Source: Botryllus schlosseri (lineage: Eukaryota). From it: 60,000 nucleotides of DNA. The DNA lies in contig CM119371.1 in assembly GCA_051294905.1 (NCBI GenBank), forward strand, positions 12,216,001 to 12,276,000, given 5' to 3'. Positions 1-13,669 of this stretch are shown piece by piece. The notes below the pieces were generated by a model. That model saw nothing but the letters and a program-made list of their open reading frames with translations, did no database searches and had not been told where the DNA came from. The position numbers and the translations under genes are program-made. The first letter of the stretch is position 1; the number at the start of each line of letters is the position of its first letter.

Positions 1-258
1 ACACAAACTCCTTCTGTTGACACAAACCGGGTTGGCGTATTTGGATAATAGTATATTGTCAGGCACACAAATTAAAATATGATCGGCCTCTTCCGACAAC
101 GCGAAATCGGTCGTCTCGATAACTTTTCGCATATTCAAATGGTTGCCAATGGATGAACTCGTGGCCGTTGTCTTTTTTGACTCAAGTTTCAACGATGACA
201 CACAGGAACATATATTCAAATATCTATTTATCTCCTGTAACTCAAAGAGTCTCTTCAT
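1..258 (-). CDS. Possible coding exon running off the window edge (MKRLFELQEINRYLNICSCVSS...), product unknown
   Basis: The minus-strand frame is open from 318 to base 1, with ATG at 258-256. An acceptor-like TGCATTTCACAG (AG at 276-275) lies 16 nt upstream of the ATG. No recognisable domain. Confidence 0.25.
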   Translation of the reverse strand, partial: MKRLFELQEINRYLNICSCVSSLKLESKKTTATSSSIGNHLNMRKVIETTDFALSEEADHILICVPDNILLSKYANPVCVNRRSLC

Positions 259-2935
259 ATAAGTTGGTTTAAAACTGTGAAATGCAGATAATGCACATAT
301 GCATATAATTTCATTCACTTAATGATGATTATGTGTAGCATTTGCTGGCGTGATAATACGCATTTGTTCTCTAACGCAGTGTTGAATTATTTTTCCTCGC
401 TGTATCCTGACGCAATCCGCTGATCTATTACGAATCATAAATGTCAAATGTATATGTATGCCTATTGCCTAGCGACGAATTGATAATCCACATTATATTA
501 TAAGGAAATGGTAATCACGCACAGGGTGCGGGCAAGCGATAATAGAATGCGTTTTGGCGAACGGTAAGTGCAGGATGATTCGAACACCTGTCTGAATTGC
601 TATCATTAAATGTAATATTGTGATTTCGCCAACGGGGCCTCTGCCTGATTTAAAGATATTGCTTTTCGTATCAGTCTGAGATAAAAATACGGGTTGCAGC
701 TTGGTGTTATTAATATCGAAGTAGGCTACTTCAATTTTCATGAGTACATGAATAGATCATGATGTTTGCATTATCAGATCTTCATATCGTAAACGTGGAT
801 TGATCATATTTTGCGCTCAAGATATTGAATTTCTCGCGAAATTGCCTTACGAGCAGCAGGTATTTTTTCGCAACAGAAACGACCATATATCCCCAATACG
901 CCATAGGATATGATAAACCCAATTGAATTCAACTCGCAGTCATTTTTATCTACATTGCAACCATATCGAGTTGGCAATTTTTACGCCACATCTGTTTCCA
1001 CTATTGATAGTTTGCTGATCATAATATTTACACTTGCATTCATGAGCGCATTTTTGACGACGCGGCTTGTGCGCGCGTCGCGACAGAATATTTTCAAACA
1101 ACGGGAATGATGCATACAAGACTTTTACCAGCAGAAGTTTACTTGACTATTTTCAGCATATCAACCAAAATAGAGTTTACGTTTGGTGTCACGCCAAAGA
1201 CGATAATATCGGCAAAGAAGTGCACCGTTGATGGCCTACTTAATAAAACGACTCTCCGACGTATAAACACAGTTCTGTCATGGTACCAGATAATTGATTT
1301 TATTGCGACTCAAGTCAGCTCTGTCACGATACCGGATAATGAATTTAAGTTATACCTAAAGAAATACATATTCCGGTAGACGGCAATGCTCAAAATATCG
1401 TTATCAAGATAAAATATTTGCACTCATAATTAGTCATTTGAGTTATCTCGGAAAGTATTTCCCTCGAGTCATCTGCTGCGTATTTCTCGGAAGATTATGT
1501 CTCTTGAGCAATTATCGCACAGCCAGCAAATCGACTTGTAAATCGAGAAATAACATTCTCATTTACGCAATGGAATGGCGCTGAGTGCCAGAAATGTTAT
1601 TTGGGTAAATATACAAGACGAAGGAACGATTCTTATACTCTTATACTATGCGAATGTATACATTACGTAATTGCAAGTGGTCGTAATAAATAGAGAATTC
1701 AGTTAGGCGTCAAATATTCTCGGTTCACATGGAAATTGCCAACCAAATTTCTCACGCGCAATAGTTAGGTCTGTACACAATGATTCAGTCCGGTGATAAG
1801 AGTATATTTATTCGAGTAACAAACATATGCTCCTTCCTACCACATTTTAACAACGAAAAATATAGCTAATATTTCTAATACATTATTTCCTCCATCTCAG
1901 CGTCGAAATGCATGCTGCACAAGTTTACGAAAATTCACGGAACAACAATTCCGTCATGTAGTGATCGAGCTTCACAATGGTCACAACGCGCAACTGAATG
2001 ATCATTCTCAAGAAATTCGGAATTATTTTGCATGGCATGGAGCAAGCACCGTATGCCTTGTGAGCGCAGAGAATACATATTTAAACTTTTTCAGGCGAAA
2101 TCACCGTTATCAACTCACATCAGGTGACACTCGAATACCTAACTTTACATGAAGGGTATTTCTCGATTTGTAATTGTATTCAGCAATATCACGAGCTAAT
2201 ACTCATTCTGACTCACACGACTCTTCCGGCATTGAGTGTCTAATACTAATTGTAAAATAAGTTTATCGACAATGCAGTACATTGCAGCAATTAACGGACC
2301 TACCTTTTTTCGAATCACCGCGCCCTTATCAACCTCGACACAACTTTTCGTTCTCCACCCTCCCCTCCCTTCCCCCGTACTTACGGATCCGCAAAAGAGA
2401 ACATGTAACGCGAACTTTATTCATTACACTATGATCACAAGTGAATTGAATGGAAACGAGGGTAATTTTTCCGAGTAACTGCTCGGAAAACCGGTTTCCG
2501 CGTCTACTTTCCGTTGAGTAGACCTTTTTTCACGACATATGCAGAATAATCAGTCTTCAAGTGCATTTTTGGCCATGTTCATTTAATATGTCTCACTAGA
2601 CGTTTTAACATGTTCGGCCCCCTATCACCCCCTTTGGTGTCTCCCCCCATATTTCTCAAAATCGCCACGTTTGGGAGCAGAGTTGCTCTGATCCCCAATT
2701 TATCCGTCTCCGGGTGGATATTGAAAAGTCGGAGTCCGAAAATATCAGGCCAAAATCATGTTAATTTGTCATATGTCAGCGGAGAAATCCGGCCAAAAAC
2801 CGAACGTCAACGAAAATTTAAATCATGATCCAGTCCGACTACGTTGAAAATCGATGAAATCCATTTCCGGTTCCTGAACCGCATCTCTGGTTGGGAGCCC
2901 CTGGTCTAGTCGGTTCTGTTACACACAGTTTAGAG

Positions 2936-3012
2936 CAATGGTTCCCAACCTTTTTGTCTTCATTCCCCACTTGAGATTTAATCTGAGCCTTCGTTCCCCA
3001 CTACCCAAAACC
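2936..3012 (+). mobile_element. hAT (Charlie/Buster-type) MITE terminus
   Basis: CAATGGTTCCCAACCTTTTTGTCTTCATTCCCCAC...; a reverse-complement copy lies at ~29090-29164, ending AAAAAGGTTGGTAACCACTG. Confidence 0.55.
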
Positions 3013-5757
3013 TTCGGCATTACGGAGCAGCTATTAGTTTTTGAGTACACAAGACACGCAGCCACACCAATACGCAAGACAATCGCCTATAAATGCAACA
3101 TAAAACATATTGTGAACCGATACCGATAACCCTAAAAATTCAGCGAAAGCGTTATTCCTCGCCATACCGGTCATACCCAATGTGTCTGTGACGCCATCAT
3201 TCGTTTTCCGGAGTTACAAATGAGTTTTTGTGAACAACACGCAACATAATTTTCGATACATAGATTCCAGAGCAGTTAACTGGTAACGGTAATTGCGCAT
3301 GTGTCTCCGAAAATAATTAGACTGTCCTGTAAACATAAGGAATATCCGCCTGATGTAAAATAAGCAATGTAGCCGAAACAACAACTACAACAAGTAGGCC
3401 TCTTCTTGCGTTAAGAAACGATCAAGTACAGTACAACAAATTCAGCAATGCTGTGTAGTGTGTATTCACCACGGCAACGCAGTATTCGACATGGCGTTGG
3501 GTAATTTTTTTCATAAACGATTCCCATCGCCAGCAACGGATATATCTTGCTCGCTGATATGGACTGAAATGTCATCTATATTGGTTACTAGGGCAGGAAG
3601 CATTTCGCGTCGCGATTAACACATCGGTTACACATTACGGCATTGTGTATCGTTTCACATTAAATTCATCTCAACGTCAGAGAAACCTTGCCTATCTACA
3701 ATAAATAGCCATCTATGCCACGTGTGGGAATAAGTCACATTACATATCGATACAACATAGCGCCTTTCCCGAGGAAATTTCCGCCATTCATCATAACGCA
3801 AACGAATCATGCTCTCGTAATCACGCGTATTCAATCACGCGCATGTCATGGTGTTGACTAGACAATGCAATCCTGGCCTATATCCAAGCTGGTATTATTT
3901 TTAGGCATGGCAGTGATTAACAGTCGTAATATTGCTCTTAATGATACAGTATAACAATTGAATGCCAATAAATAGAATCTTATGTCAAGTCATACAACCT
4001 CATTGTGATTTTAACATCCAACCAGGCGATAATCTACACAATTGATCACCAAAATGTACGCCGCCATTACATTAGGTATCTGTGATTCAGTGATTCGCCA
4101 TATAATTGAGAAATTTGAATTATGATTTCGGTATGTTCCCCAGCTGGTTCTAAGAAAAACAAACATATTTTCAAGACCGACTCGTCAATTAAAACACATC
4201 GCATGCAAATTACGCGTAACAATGAAAATATGATATGTGTGTTTGTTTATTTATAAGACAAATGTAAGCATCGGCGTAGTGATTGAATGATGGTATACGT
4301 ACGGTGACTCGCTAATGTTATCTAAAATGTTTGAGCTATGCGAAAATATCCTGGGAAAATCTTGGCTAACAGTAGTAGTATGTGCTCAGCTAGTTCCAAG
4401 AAAAAACAGGCATTTACTCCAAGGCTGACGCCGCAATTAAAACAACGTGCGCGTAGATCATGCGTAACTATAAAAATACGATTTGTCTGTTGATGGATTA
4501 AAGCATAAAAGGTAAGAAATGCACTATTTGACTAAGGCTGCGTACCATGGGTTGCTAATGTCCCCTGAATAGTTTGGGTTTGAGTTTTCGGACAACTATA
4601 GGCCAGTTTATTACACGTGACTTAGTTTATAGACGTGTGTACCGGAATGATAGAAGTCATGGGGGCTAGGGACAGAAGCTACAGCCCAAGAGTGACAAGA
4701 TTCTGCAGTAATATCTATATGTGAAGTTTCAGTTTATGCACTTGCATTTTATCAACTTGGCTGTCTAGTGCTGCAGCCATTGGTTTGGGAACGCAACACG
4801 CGAATGCTCATTCCAAATCTTCGACTTGCGCATTATGTTGTCACTCGTTTTCACTGGGTAACATTGGATATTCGTGAAGTGACGTCACCATTTCAAAAAA
4901 TCGTTGCTCAAATTTCCTTTTTTATTTGCCTCTAATCCTGTCCACTACCAATAGTATAGATGGGATATCGTGGTGAGATTGTGCAGCAATACTCATCGAG
5001 GCGAAAGCCCGTCATCAATTCTCGCTCTAGAGACATGGCATCGATGTCCCCATCCTCTTTACGGCCCGCCACAAAGAGTGGTCCTATTTCGTGGATTCGC
5101 TGTTACCGATTTTTAAATGGCCTGTGAGACATTCGTTCCGAATTAACTATGAAATGCGAGCAGAAATCAGCCCATCATCGAGCGTGGATAAAAGTCACTG
5201 TATCAGTAACTGAGACCCCAATCAGAGAACCGTCACATTGCGCAATTTGTTTCCCTTCATAATTGCTCATTGATTCCCATGCCTTCATTCGCACTGGTGT
5301 TTCCGAAAGCAAGACTACAGCTTTGAATATATTATCGCGGCTTATAGATTATTATCTTCGAAGGGGTTGATATTAAAAATTCACGGGGGCCTCACTGCAA
5401 ACGTGACGACGCTGTCGTATTCATAAGACTGACAAGGAAAACATATGGTGGTTCCGTTTCTTGATCCCCGCGTCCAGCGATGAGAATGATATTTTGATGA
5501 ATTAATCGGAAAATGAATAGCCTGCACGGATGTCCATCTCTCTCACTGTTAGTGGATTTGCCAACGATATTTACAGTCGACGGAATTCCCCCTTCAATAC
5601 GCCGGGATAGACCCCTGATATTCCTGTTTCCAGCAAGCCCGGCAGATTTCGTGCGCAGAGCGTTGAATTATGATCATATTAAGACTATAATGTAATGTAA
5701 CAGCTCTCAGCGGATCGTGATATCTGATATGTGTAAATATGTGTAAATGAGCATAGA

Positions 5758-5780
5758 ATATATATATATATATATATATA
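5758..5780. repeat. (TA)n microsatellite
   Basis: Direct inspection. Confidence 0.9.
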
Positions 5781-6135
5781 CATAAATACACACATATTCC
5801 GATAGCTACGATCCACATTCCACACACACACTACACCCTATATATATGTGGGGAATGGAGCAAATCAAAAGATTCATCGAAGTGCATGTTAGTCAGGAAA
5901 TGTGCTCTATACCTTCAACATCGTGCTCGATTCATCTGAATGCTTATACTTAGGAGACTTCGAACGCCCATAACTACGGTAATGAGGAAATAATGTAAAT
6001 ACGGATTAGGATTTTAGCCTATCTATCTTGCCTGAAGACGTTATGAGCCAACAATTGGTAACGTGACGATCAAGTTACCGAACGACAAGGAATCAGCGTA
6101 ATCAATGATGGCTCTGCAGTTAACAATAGTCTAGT

Positions 6136-6997
6136 CTGTGGTTCCCAACCTTTTCATCTTCGCGGATCCCTTTTGAATAGCCACGGACCCCCAAGGACCC
6201 CCGAAACTTTTCGTTCGAAATTAGCTCAATTATCGTGCAACGGTCATCTGACTCGGGCAGTGATAAACAGCCGCACAATGACTTTTCTTGAAAATAACAT
6301 CGCCCGTTATGTAGAAATTGGTTAGACATATATTATTCCGAAACGCATTCTGCAGCTGTATTTATTGTCTTGAAAATCCGCGTCTTCGATTGGATATGAA
6401 TGAGTGCCGAAAATCAATTTCCACAAATATATATTGGTGGAGAATAGAATAACAACGTGTAGCGATTCCGACGATAGTTTTTGGTGTGTGTTTTAATGAA
6501 CATATCACGTCAAGCCTAGTCATTTCAATGTAGAATCTCATCTTGCAGTTATTTATTGGTTATATCACAGGAAAAAATGAATTTCGTGGCGAGGTTTCAA
6601 TTCCTTCATTGGACCAGATTATAGCTTTCAATACAACATTCATCGTAGTAGAAAATTTATTAAACCCGAACAGATTAGGAAAAGAATTCAGGAACTCCAA
6701 AATGCCATCTCCAACATTTCATGTTCCACAAACCCCAACAAAGCATCAACAGCAATATGTTTGTATCGGCAGGCTTTTGATAATTTGACAATTAAAATAA
6801 GTTTGCACAGTCGGATATTTCATCTTAGACCATTTTCATTATGCGAGTCCTAAGGTTTTAGCAATTATGAAGCGAAACTGCCTCATGCTTTTCCTAATTA
6901 AAAATGAATAAAAATTGGGTTATCAATCATTTTACTAATTTAGAGGTTTGGCGGACCCCCTGAAAATGCTTGGCGGACCTCCGGTTGAGAACCACTG
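6136..6997. mobile_element. Non-autonomous hAT MITE, same family as 31484-33014
   Basis: Termini CTGTGGTTCCCAACC...GGTTGAGAACCACTG, subterminal CGGACCCC motifs, GTCTAG-containing flanks, and internal sequence colinear with 31484-33014. Confidence 0.8.
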
Positions 6998-9504
6998 GTC
7001 TAGATGTTCGGTTCGTCTTTCTATTCGGTGCATTTCAATTTTGAAGATTCCGATATTCACGCTGCTAAAGGAGCCTAGGCAGGATCTACACAGTGAACAT
7101 TTTGGTAAACCATCAGCATTTCACTGAATCTTGCTAGTTGTGACCAAAACTCTTTCGTTTTTAATATCTTATCACTGACAGCACCACGATGACACCAAAG
7201 AAAAGGAAATTTAACAACAAAGTAAAATATACCTTGCATAAACAACGAATATTGAGATTACCAGAATATGGCCAGAAATATCACGCGATTCCGGTAGTAA
7301 AAAATTAAATTAGCTCACACTTCCGTCACTGCTACACGATTTTCCAGCAAACATATCATGATATCATGAGCATGTCTGGCCACGCGTAAGCACAGTAACC
7401 TTTGCCTGATGCGACCGCATATAACATTTGTACCTGGTATCCGCGGGTCCTCTGAGCCGCCCAACAGTAATGGGTGCAAGCATTTGAAGGAAGCGCGAAG
7501 CTGCGGTAAACTGAAAACAAATATTCGTGCTTCGATCGATTTACCTCCGATTCATAGTTATTGCTCTGCGTATAAACCGAATGTCATAATTGAGATTTCT
7601 CTCATCAACAGTACAACAGCCATAACCTTCCATACCATAAAACTATTCGTTGGGATTGCTAGCATTCTGGTTGTACTTTGTAATATCACGACAACGGGAG
7701 GGGTAAAACCTTTCACTATCGTAAAGTGGGCGTATCTAAAGAAGTTTGACCACTGTTGTAGGCCTATACTGTATTATTATATAGCACACGCATATAGGGC
7801 TAAAATATAGTAGCCTACGTTTTGATATCGCCAACAACACAGCTCACTGATTAATTGTCAGGGAAGCGTCTCTACTGATTCCTTCGTTTCATTGGTTATT
7901 AACCGGTGTGTCATAAAACACTAGGGTTTCCGTCAGCCAGTCCTAGGGGTTCGGTGGATGTCGAGAGCCACGAACGAGATGTTTTGGGCATCATGGTTGC
8001 AGGCAGCTAGACCCGATAAATAGCCGGAGTGAGGCTATGGAGGCGGTACCGTTGTGTACCTGACGTATGCAGGGGAGTTTGGGGTTCGATCAGTGACATT
8101 CCGTCTTTCTGAAATCGTCAATTCTATATATATTATTTGTAAGCTCTTCTTAAATTAGCAAATTGCCTTCACTCTGTAGCTTTTAGACCAGATCTGAGCA
8201 AAATGCGGCCGTCGAAGCTATTCTGAGCGGCGCGCGAAAAGTTGTTTCGATTTCAAAAGATGCATCCTACTTTTTTAATGTTGCTGCGTGAAACCATGAA
8301 ACCGTATGTTGTATAAACTGAACCGAAAATTCGTTTACTTTCAGGTCAGTTCATAAATATGGCGCGATTACGCAGCCTACCTAGGCCTACCTCGCATGCG
8401 ATATCCATATTGAAAAAAATGTCAATGTAGCAAATTATGCCGTAACAATTAAAGTCACAAGAAGTCACGGAAACGTCTTTGTTGCCGTTGTCACATTACG
8501 CATTACTTGGTCTGTGCTTCGAATTGTTACGTGATACGTCTCCATATCCCTCATTTGCAAAACAAGTCAATCAGTGACCTTGATTACTATGTGTCATCAT
8601 CACCCACAAAGGATGAACGGGCATGTCAAAATGAAAGCTGAAATTGAAAGACGGTTTGGAGCACCTAATATTTGTTTACCGCGTAGTCAGCGGTAAACCT
8701 GTTTTTTAAGTAGTTAGTGGCTTAGTGCCGAGCTGGTCGCCATGTTTAAAAAGTATAATTCAAGTCGGTCCTATGACAAAAACATGAGGACGTGCACTCT
8801 CAACTTAAATGTCAATTTCTCGTTCCCTAAAATCAACACATCCACTGAGCAGCGTTTATTCAGCGTATTTCAATGTCTTTCATGCATAAAATTAATACAC
8901 TTGAGAATGCAGCAAAAAATTTTCACTCGGCCCGCCACCGTATTTTTCGCTTCTCATTTGGCCTTCGGAGAAAAATAATTGCCTACCCTTGGTTTAGACA
9001 GAACAATACGATCTCACTTTAAAGGGAAAAACCATGTACTTCAGAACTGGTACATGAAAGTGAACAGTAGAAGTCACGCCGATTTGCAATAAATATTCAT
9101 CATAAGGTTTTCACTTTGTGTGAAACTATATTTTAATGGCTTTGTTGATAATAGTTTATTTTGTACACCAGTAATTTATAGTAATGTATTAGATGTGTTG
9201 TTAGATGTGAATTGTGTTGGAGTTTTGTTTTGATGACTCCGTGAAATAAGTGTTCCACAGGTTGGAACCACTGCTTTAGTGAGCAATTTCACTTTTTCCG
9301 CCAAACGTATCTGTACAATCTGTTCTACAAGATGCACGTCATTTTACATAACTTAAAGCGAATATGAAGATGTCACGGCCTTATTTGAGTTCATTGTCGA
9401 TTGTTACCGCATGCATCGTCATATTTCACTAAAGCAACCACCTTGCATTGTAACGAACGAAGTACTGTCTATTGTGTCATAACCCTACAATCACATTTGC
9501 CGAT

Positions 9505-9637
9505 ATCTGTCCGAATTAAGCGGGTGACTGCAGGAATTAGCCGGGGTATTTAACGCGCCATTTTTACTTTTGCTCCGTTCGTCGAATAATGCGGTAGCCC
9601 GGGTTATTCGGGGTCGGAATTAAGCAGATACATCTGC
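9505..9637. mobile_element. Degraded Tc1/mariner (Tigger-like) MITE remnant
   Basis: ATCTGTCCGAATTAAGCGG...GGAATTAAGCAGATACATCTG has weak inverted symmetry. A similar-style remnant lies at ~55258-55373. Confidence 0.3.
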
Positions 9638-12600
9638 ATTAGAATTTACCAATAAGATGATTATTATAGAGCATTTAGCTCCAGACCCATCATCATGCAT
9701 TCATGAGTAACATCTTTAGAATGCTTACTATACTTCGGAAATATATGATACAGACAGCGGCGTTGACCCCAAGACAAAATTTGTAAATTATCATTATCAC
9801 GCCATGTGTCTGTCTGCGTGTTCGTGTTTACACGAGCGAGAACCTTTCACCGGTTCCCACCACCCCTAGATGTTATGTAGTGCTCTAACACTATATGAAA
9901 TTGGTAAATTACTAGCCAGTCAAAATCTCATTGGGCTTGGTAGCGGTAAAGGTCGATTATGAATAATTTAAGGTAAGCGATCAATTATGGTTCTATAATA
10001 CAAAATACATACCCGTGGAAACAATGTAAAGACTAGGATCGACACCGATTGCATTGCGCCCGCCATCTGTTTGCGAATGATGATTATCACACACAATAAA
10101 TTAATCCTTGCGCTATACGGTCATCCTGTTACAAATCAACATTGAACGAATAATAAAACATTTGGTCCAGTAACATGCTACTAGGATTACGCATAAATCG
10201 TTTTGCATTATTCTGACTCGGCCGAAGCAGCATACGGTGTCCGCATGTCCAGATTTATCACAAATACGTCGTGTTGTGGGGCACTCGATTGGTATAATGA
10301 GACTTTGCAGATACAGACATGCCATAGCAAATAAGAATTATCACCAAAGAACCACCGGATAATGCTCATGTCTTAAATTTACAGTTCTTATTTTATCTGA
10401 ATGAATATATAGTAATCAGAAAATAAATCGGTGAGCCTCCTGCGTGACCAGCTACGAACATTGAGTAAGAATATTATTATTAACCAGGGCTCATTAGCGA
10501 CGATCATATATACCCAAGTTGGACACTGTATATTGTATAAGCAAGTAAAAAAATACCGAAATGACGGATGATGGAATATTTACATTGTAATCCACGCTGC
10601 CGAGAAGTACAGCGTAGTAATTGAAAAGGCTTGTTAGTTCCAAAGTACTTCTAGTTCTGATAATTTCCACCGGTTTTATGTATATTGCGATACTGCAAGC
10701 TACTTTTAATTCAGCTAAGCGCCTACGGCCTGGTATAAATAAACCATGTCCTGTAGATCAGGGTTTGAAACTTTGTTGACAAGCGGGTCAGATATAACTA
10801 AGTCAATGTAACCGCGGGTCGCACAGACCTTCTAGTAGCCGCCAGGCTCACCACCCCACAGAATTGTTCACGCGGGGGGGGGGGGGGGCGAGAAGTATCA
10901 GTGAAATTGGATATTTGACCACTGGGAACAGCTGTGAATTCTTGCGGACGAAATTGCTTCAGGTTATTGAATAGGTTTACCATATTTAGAGATCCGTAAA
11001 GGATGAAACTTTTTGCAAATTACAAAAAAGCTATAATATAGAACGATAAAACGGATTACTTAAAAAGTTGTTTCGACTAAAAAAAAATCGACTCTCGAAA
11101 GACCTGCTCGAATGTCCAGATTCCAGACTTCCCGTCATTTATGGCATTTTTAGTTGTGCCTGTCGCCTGGCCCCCAAAACTAGGAAGGAGGACGAATTGC
11201 CAAAAAGGAGGACATTTTCCATTTCCTGGAAAGTGAGAATTAATCCTCCTAAAGGAGGGCGTATGCTGGTAACCCGATTATTGAACGAACTGAAAATATT
11301 CATGTACAAAGTCAACATATTATTGGGATTACAGTGTATATTTCAACCCACCACAGTTTAGGTACAGTAAGCTACCCAAATAATCAAAGTTTGAACCCAT
11401 TTTGCGGGCCAGACACTATTCAAAATTCTCACCTCATCGTTGGTCACAAAATTTGTCAATACATTTTATCGATTGCGCACATCTAGGCCCCTTTTAAAAT
11501 CGGGAATGGGTATGAACGAATCAGCAAATATAACGTCCGATTTCAGGTTATAAGAATTCGTCTGTAAATCAGCGTATTACATCATAATCGATTCACAAAA
11601 ACTAGACTCGCGCTAATGAGCTTTACATCATTGGATTGGCATATTCTCTCATAAAATTTTATGCTGCATTCATCATGCGTACAATAATTAGCCGCCCGCT
11701 ATACAAAAGGATTATTCTAAATGACTGTACGCCTATAACAGAGATTCTTTTCTAACGGCTGCTCATTTCAAAATACCTGTCTCTTACGCAGGAACTTGCG
11801 CACGAAGTTTACAAGTCTTTGGTGTATTGCGTGAAGGATATCTAGATTGATTGGATGCGGATTAGTTTGGGATTAAGGTTATGTTTTGATAGAGATTACA
11901 TTGTTGGCGAGCTGATATTTGTAATCCAAGAGCGATCAATTCCAAACAACCTTTATAAACAAATACAGTCTGGGATGAATCATGCAACTGCTTAATTTAC
12001 CAGAAAAGTAAGTCGTAAGTACGGGAAAATGACCAGAACACGTGAAGTGTAGTTGAAGCAGATAGTATACCTTTGTAAAAGTTCGGTGGTACAATGGCGT
12101 TGCGCATCCGGCAGCGCGGACGAAATGAAATCGAGCTTGAAAATTTGTTTACTTAGGGGCGTGTCGTGGATTTAGTTTGTATGACTGTTGTTATGAAGAT
12201 AATAGTGATGTTTTATTCAGTAAACGTGCGAAATACTCTCGAGAACATTGTTAAATACTGATGATTTTTCCGAATCGTTCGACCATATTTAGAGTAACAC
12301 TGATTCATTTATCTTCTGCAAGACGTCCTCTTGTCATTCGCAACTGTTGCTCACTTATATGTTCATGTTCACGCAGCGCAGCGCCCGCGACCGGTTTTGA
12401 GTTGGCAACCCTGTTATATTCGATGCCGTCAACGAATGCGGTATTTCAGCTGGTGAATACGAACTTGGCAGATCTTACGAAAATTATGAAAATTCGAGAT
12501 ATATAATCTGCTTACTACACTTAAACCTTGTTAGGGTTCAAAGTGACTGTCGACGTATTAGTAAGACTATGGTAAGGATTCCAATGATGGGAGTTTTTTT

Positions 12601-13105
12601 CTCCATACACACTTTGAAAATTGCAAAACAGCTTAATTCAAAAAATATATTCCTGCATAAGTCGCCATTTCACGGATTTAGATTATTTCCTTCGCGGACA
12701 TGAAGCTGTGTTGGATTAAAATGCAAAGGAATTCCGTAATCGGGATTAATCTGTCAGCATCTATCGGTATTGACTGGTGTCTAAATAAATTATAATATTT
12801 AGTTTAGAGTGTTATCGTATTTACATGTGACGCCTTTAAGGCGTACCGAGTTCTCGCAACTACGGGTACAGTTGGCTTAACACGGTTATGTGGTGAATAA
12901 TTAGTCGTAATCAGTTGCGTTCTATCTGGTCTCGCTGGAGATGGTCACCACCGCGCATCAAATTTTCAATATCATCCGGTGTAATAATTTCCGTTTCAAA
13001 GATATTTATTACGGGTGAGGGGAAATAGTCGCTCGTAGTGCTTATGTATCGTTGCAAGTGTAGGTTTTCAAAGCTACTTTTCAGTAATTAGTGACCATCC
13101 CAGGA

Positions 13106-13669
13106 CAGTGGTTCTCAAACTGGGGGCTGATCTTTTTTGAACTCGGAATGAGTTTAATTTGTGGCCAACCTTCCTAGTGTGAACCACGGCAATAATCCTA
13201 ATTATATTTGGATCTTAAATGTTATAATTGTGTCGTACCGCACAATGATGCTAGATTTTTACTGTTACCGAACCTTGAGCTAATCAAAAGATGTCCCTGA
13301 ATGAAGTATAACCGGTAGATGCGTGTAGCTGTTCCGTTGATTTTTAATTTGGATTATGGTCAGGTACGTTTGAGAGGATCTCGAAATGGTAACAGAAATG
13401 ATTTGGCTTCAAATTTGTTAACAATCCATGCTGTGCTACGTGCTACCATTGCATATGATTATGTCTTACAAAATATTCAACTGACTCTTAATTATTGTTC
13501 TGTGCCTAACCGAATTCCATATTTGAGACGTGACTCAAAACCACCAACCAACACTGGTATTGCAAATATTCTGGTTGTTTTTCTAATATCTTGCGATATG
13601 ACGATAAGGGGGCGCGAAGATTTCCGCTGACATCAAGGGGGAGTGTCGAAAGAAGTTTGAGAAACACTG
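13106..13669. mobile_element. hAT MITE
   Basis: TIRs CAGTGGTTCTCAAACT / AGTTTGAGAAACACTG. The right end is shared with 44369-44670 and ~7620-7755. TSD not recognisable. Confidence 0.7.
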
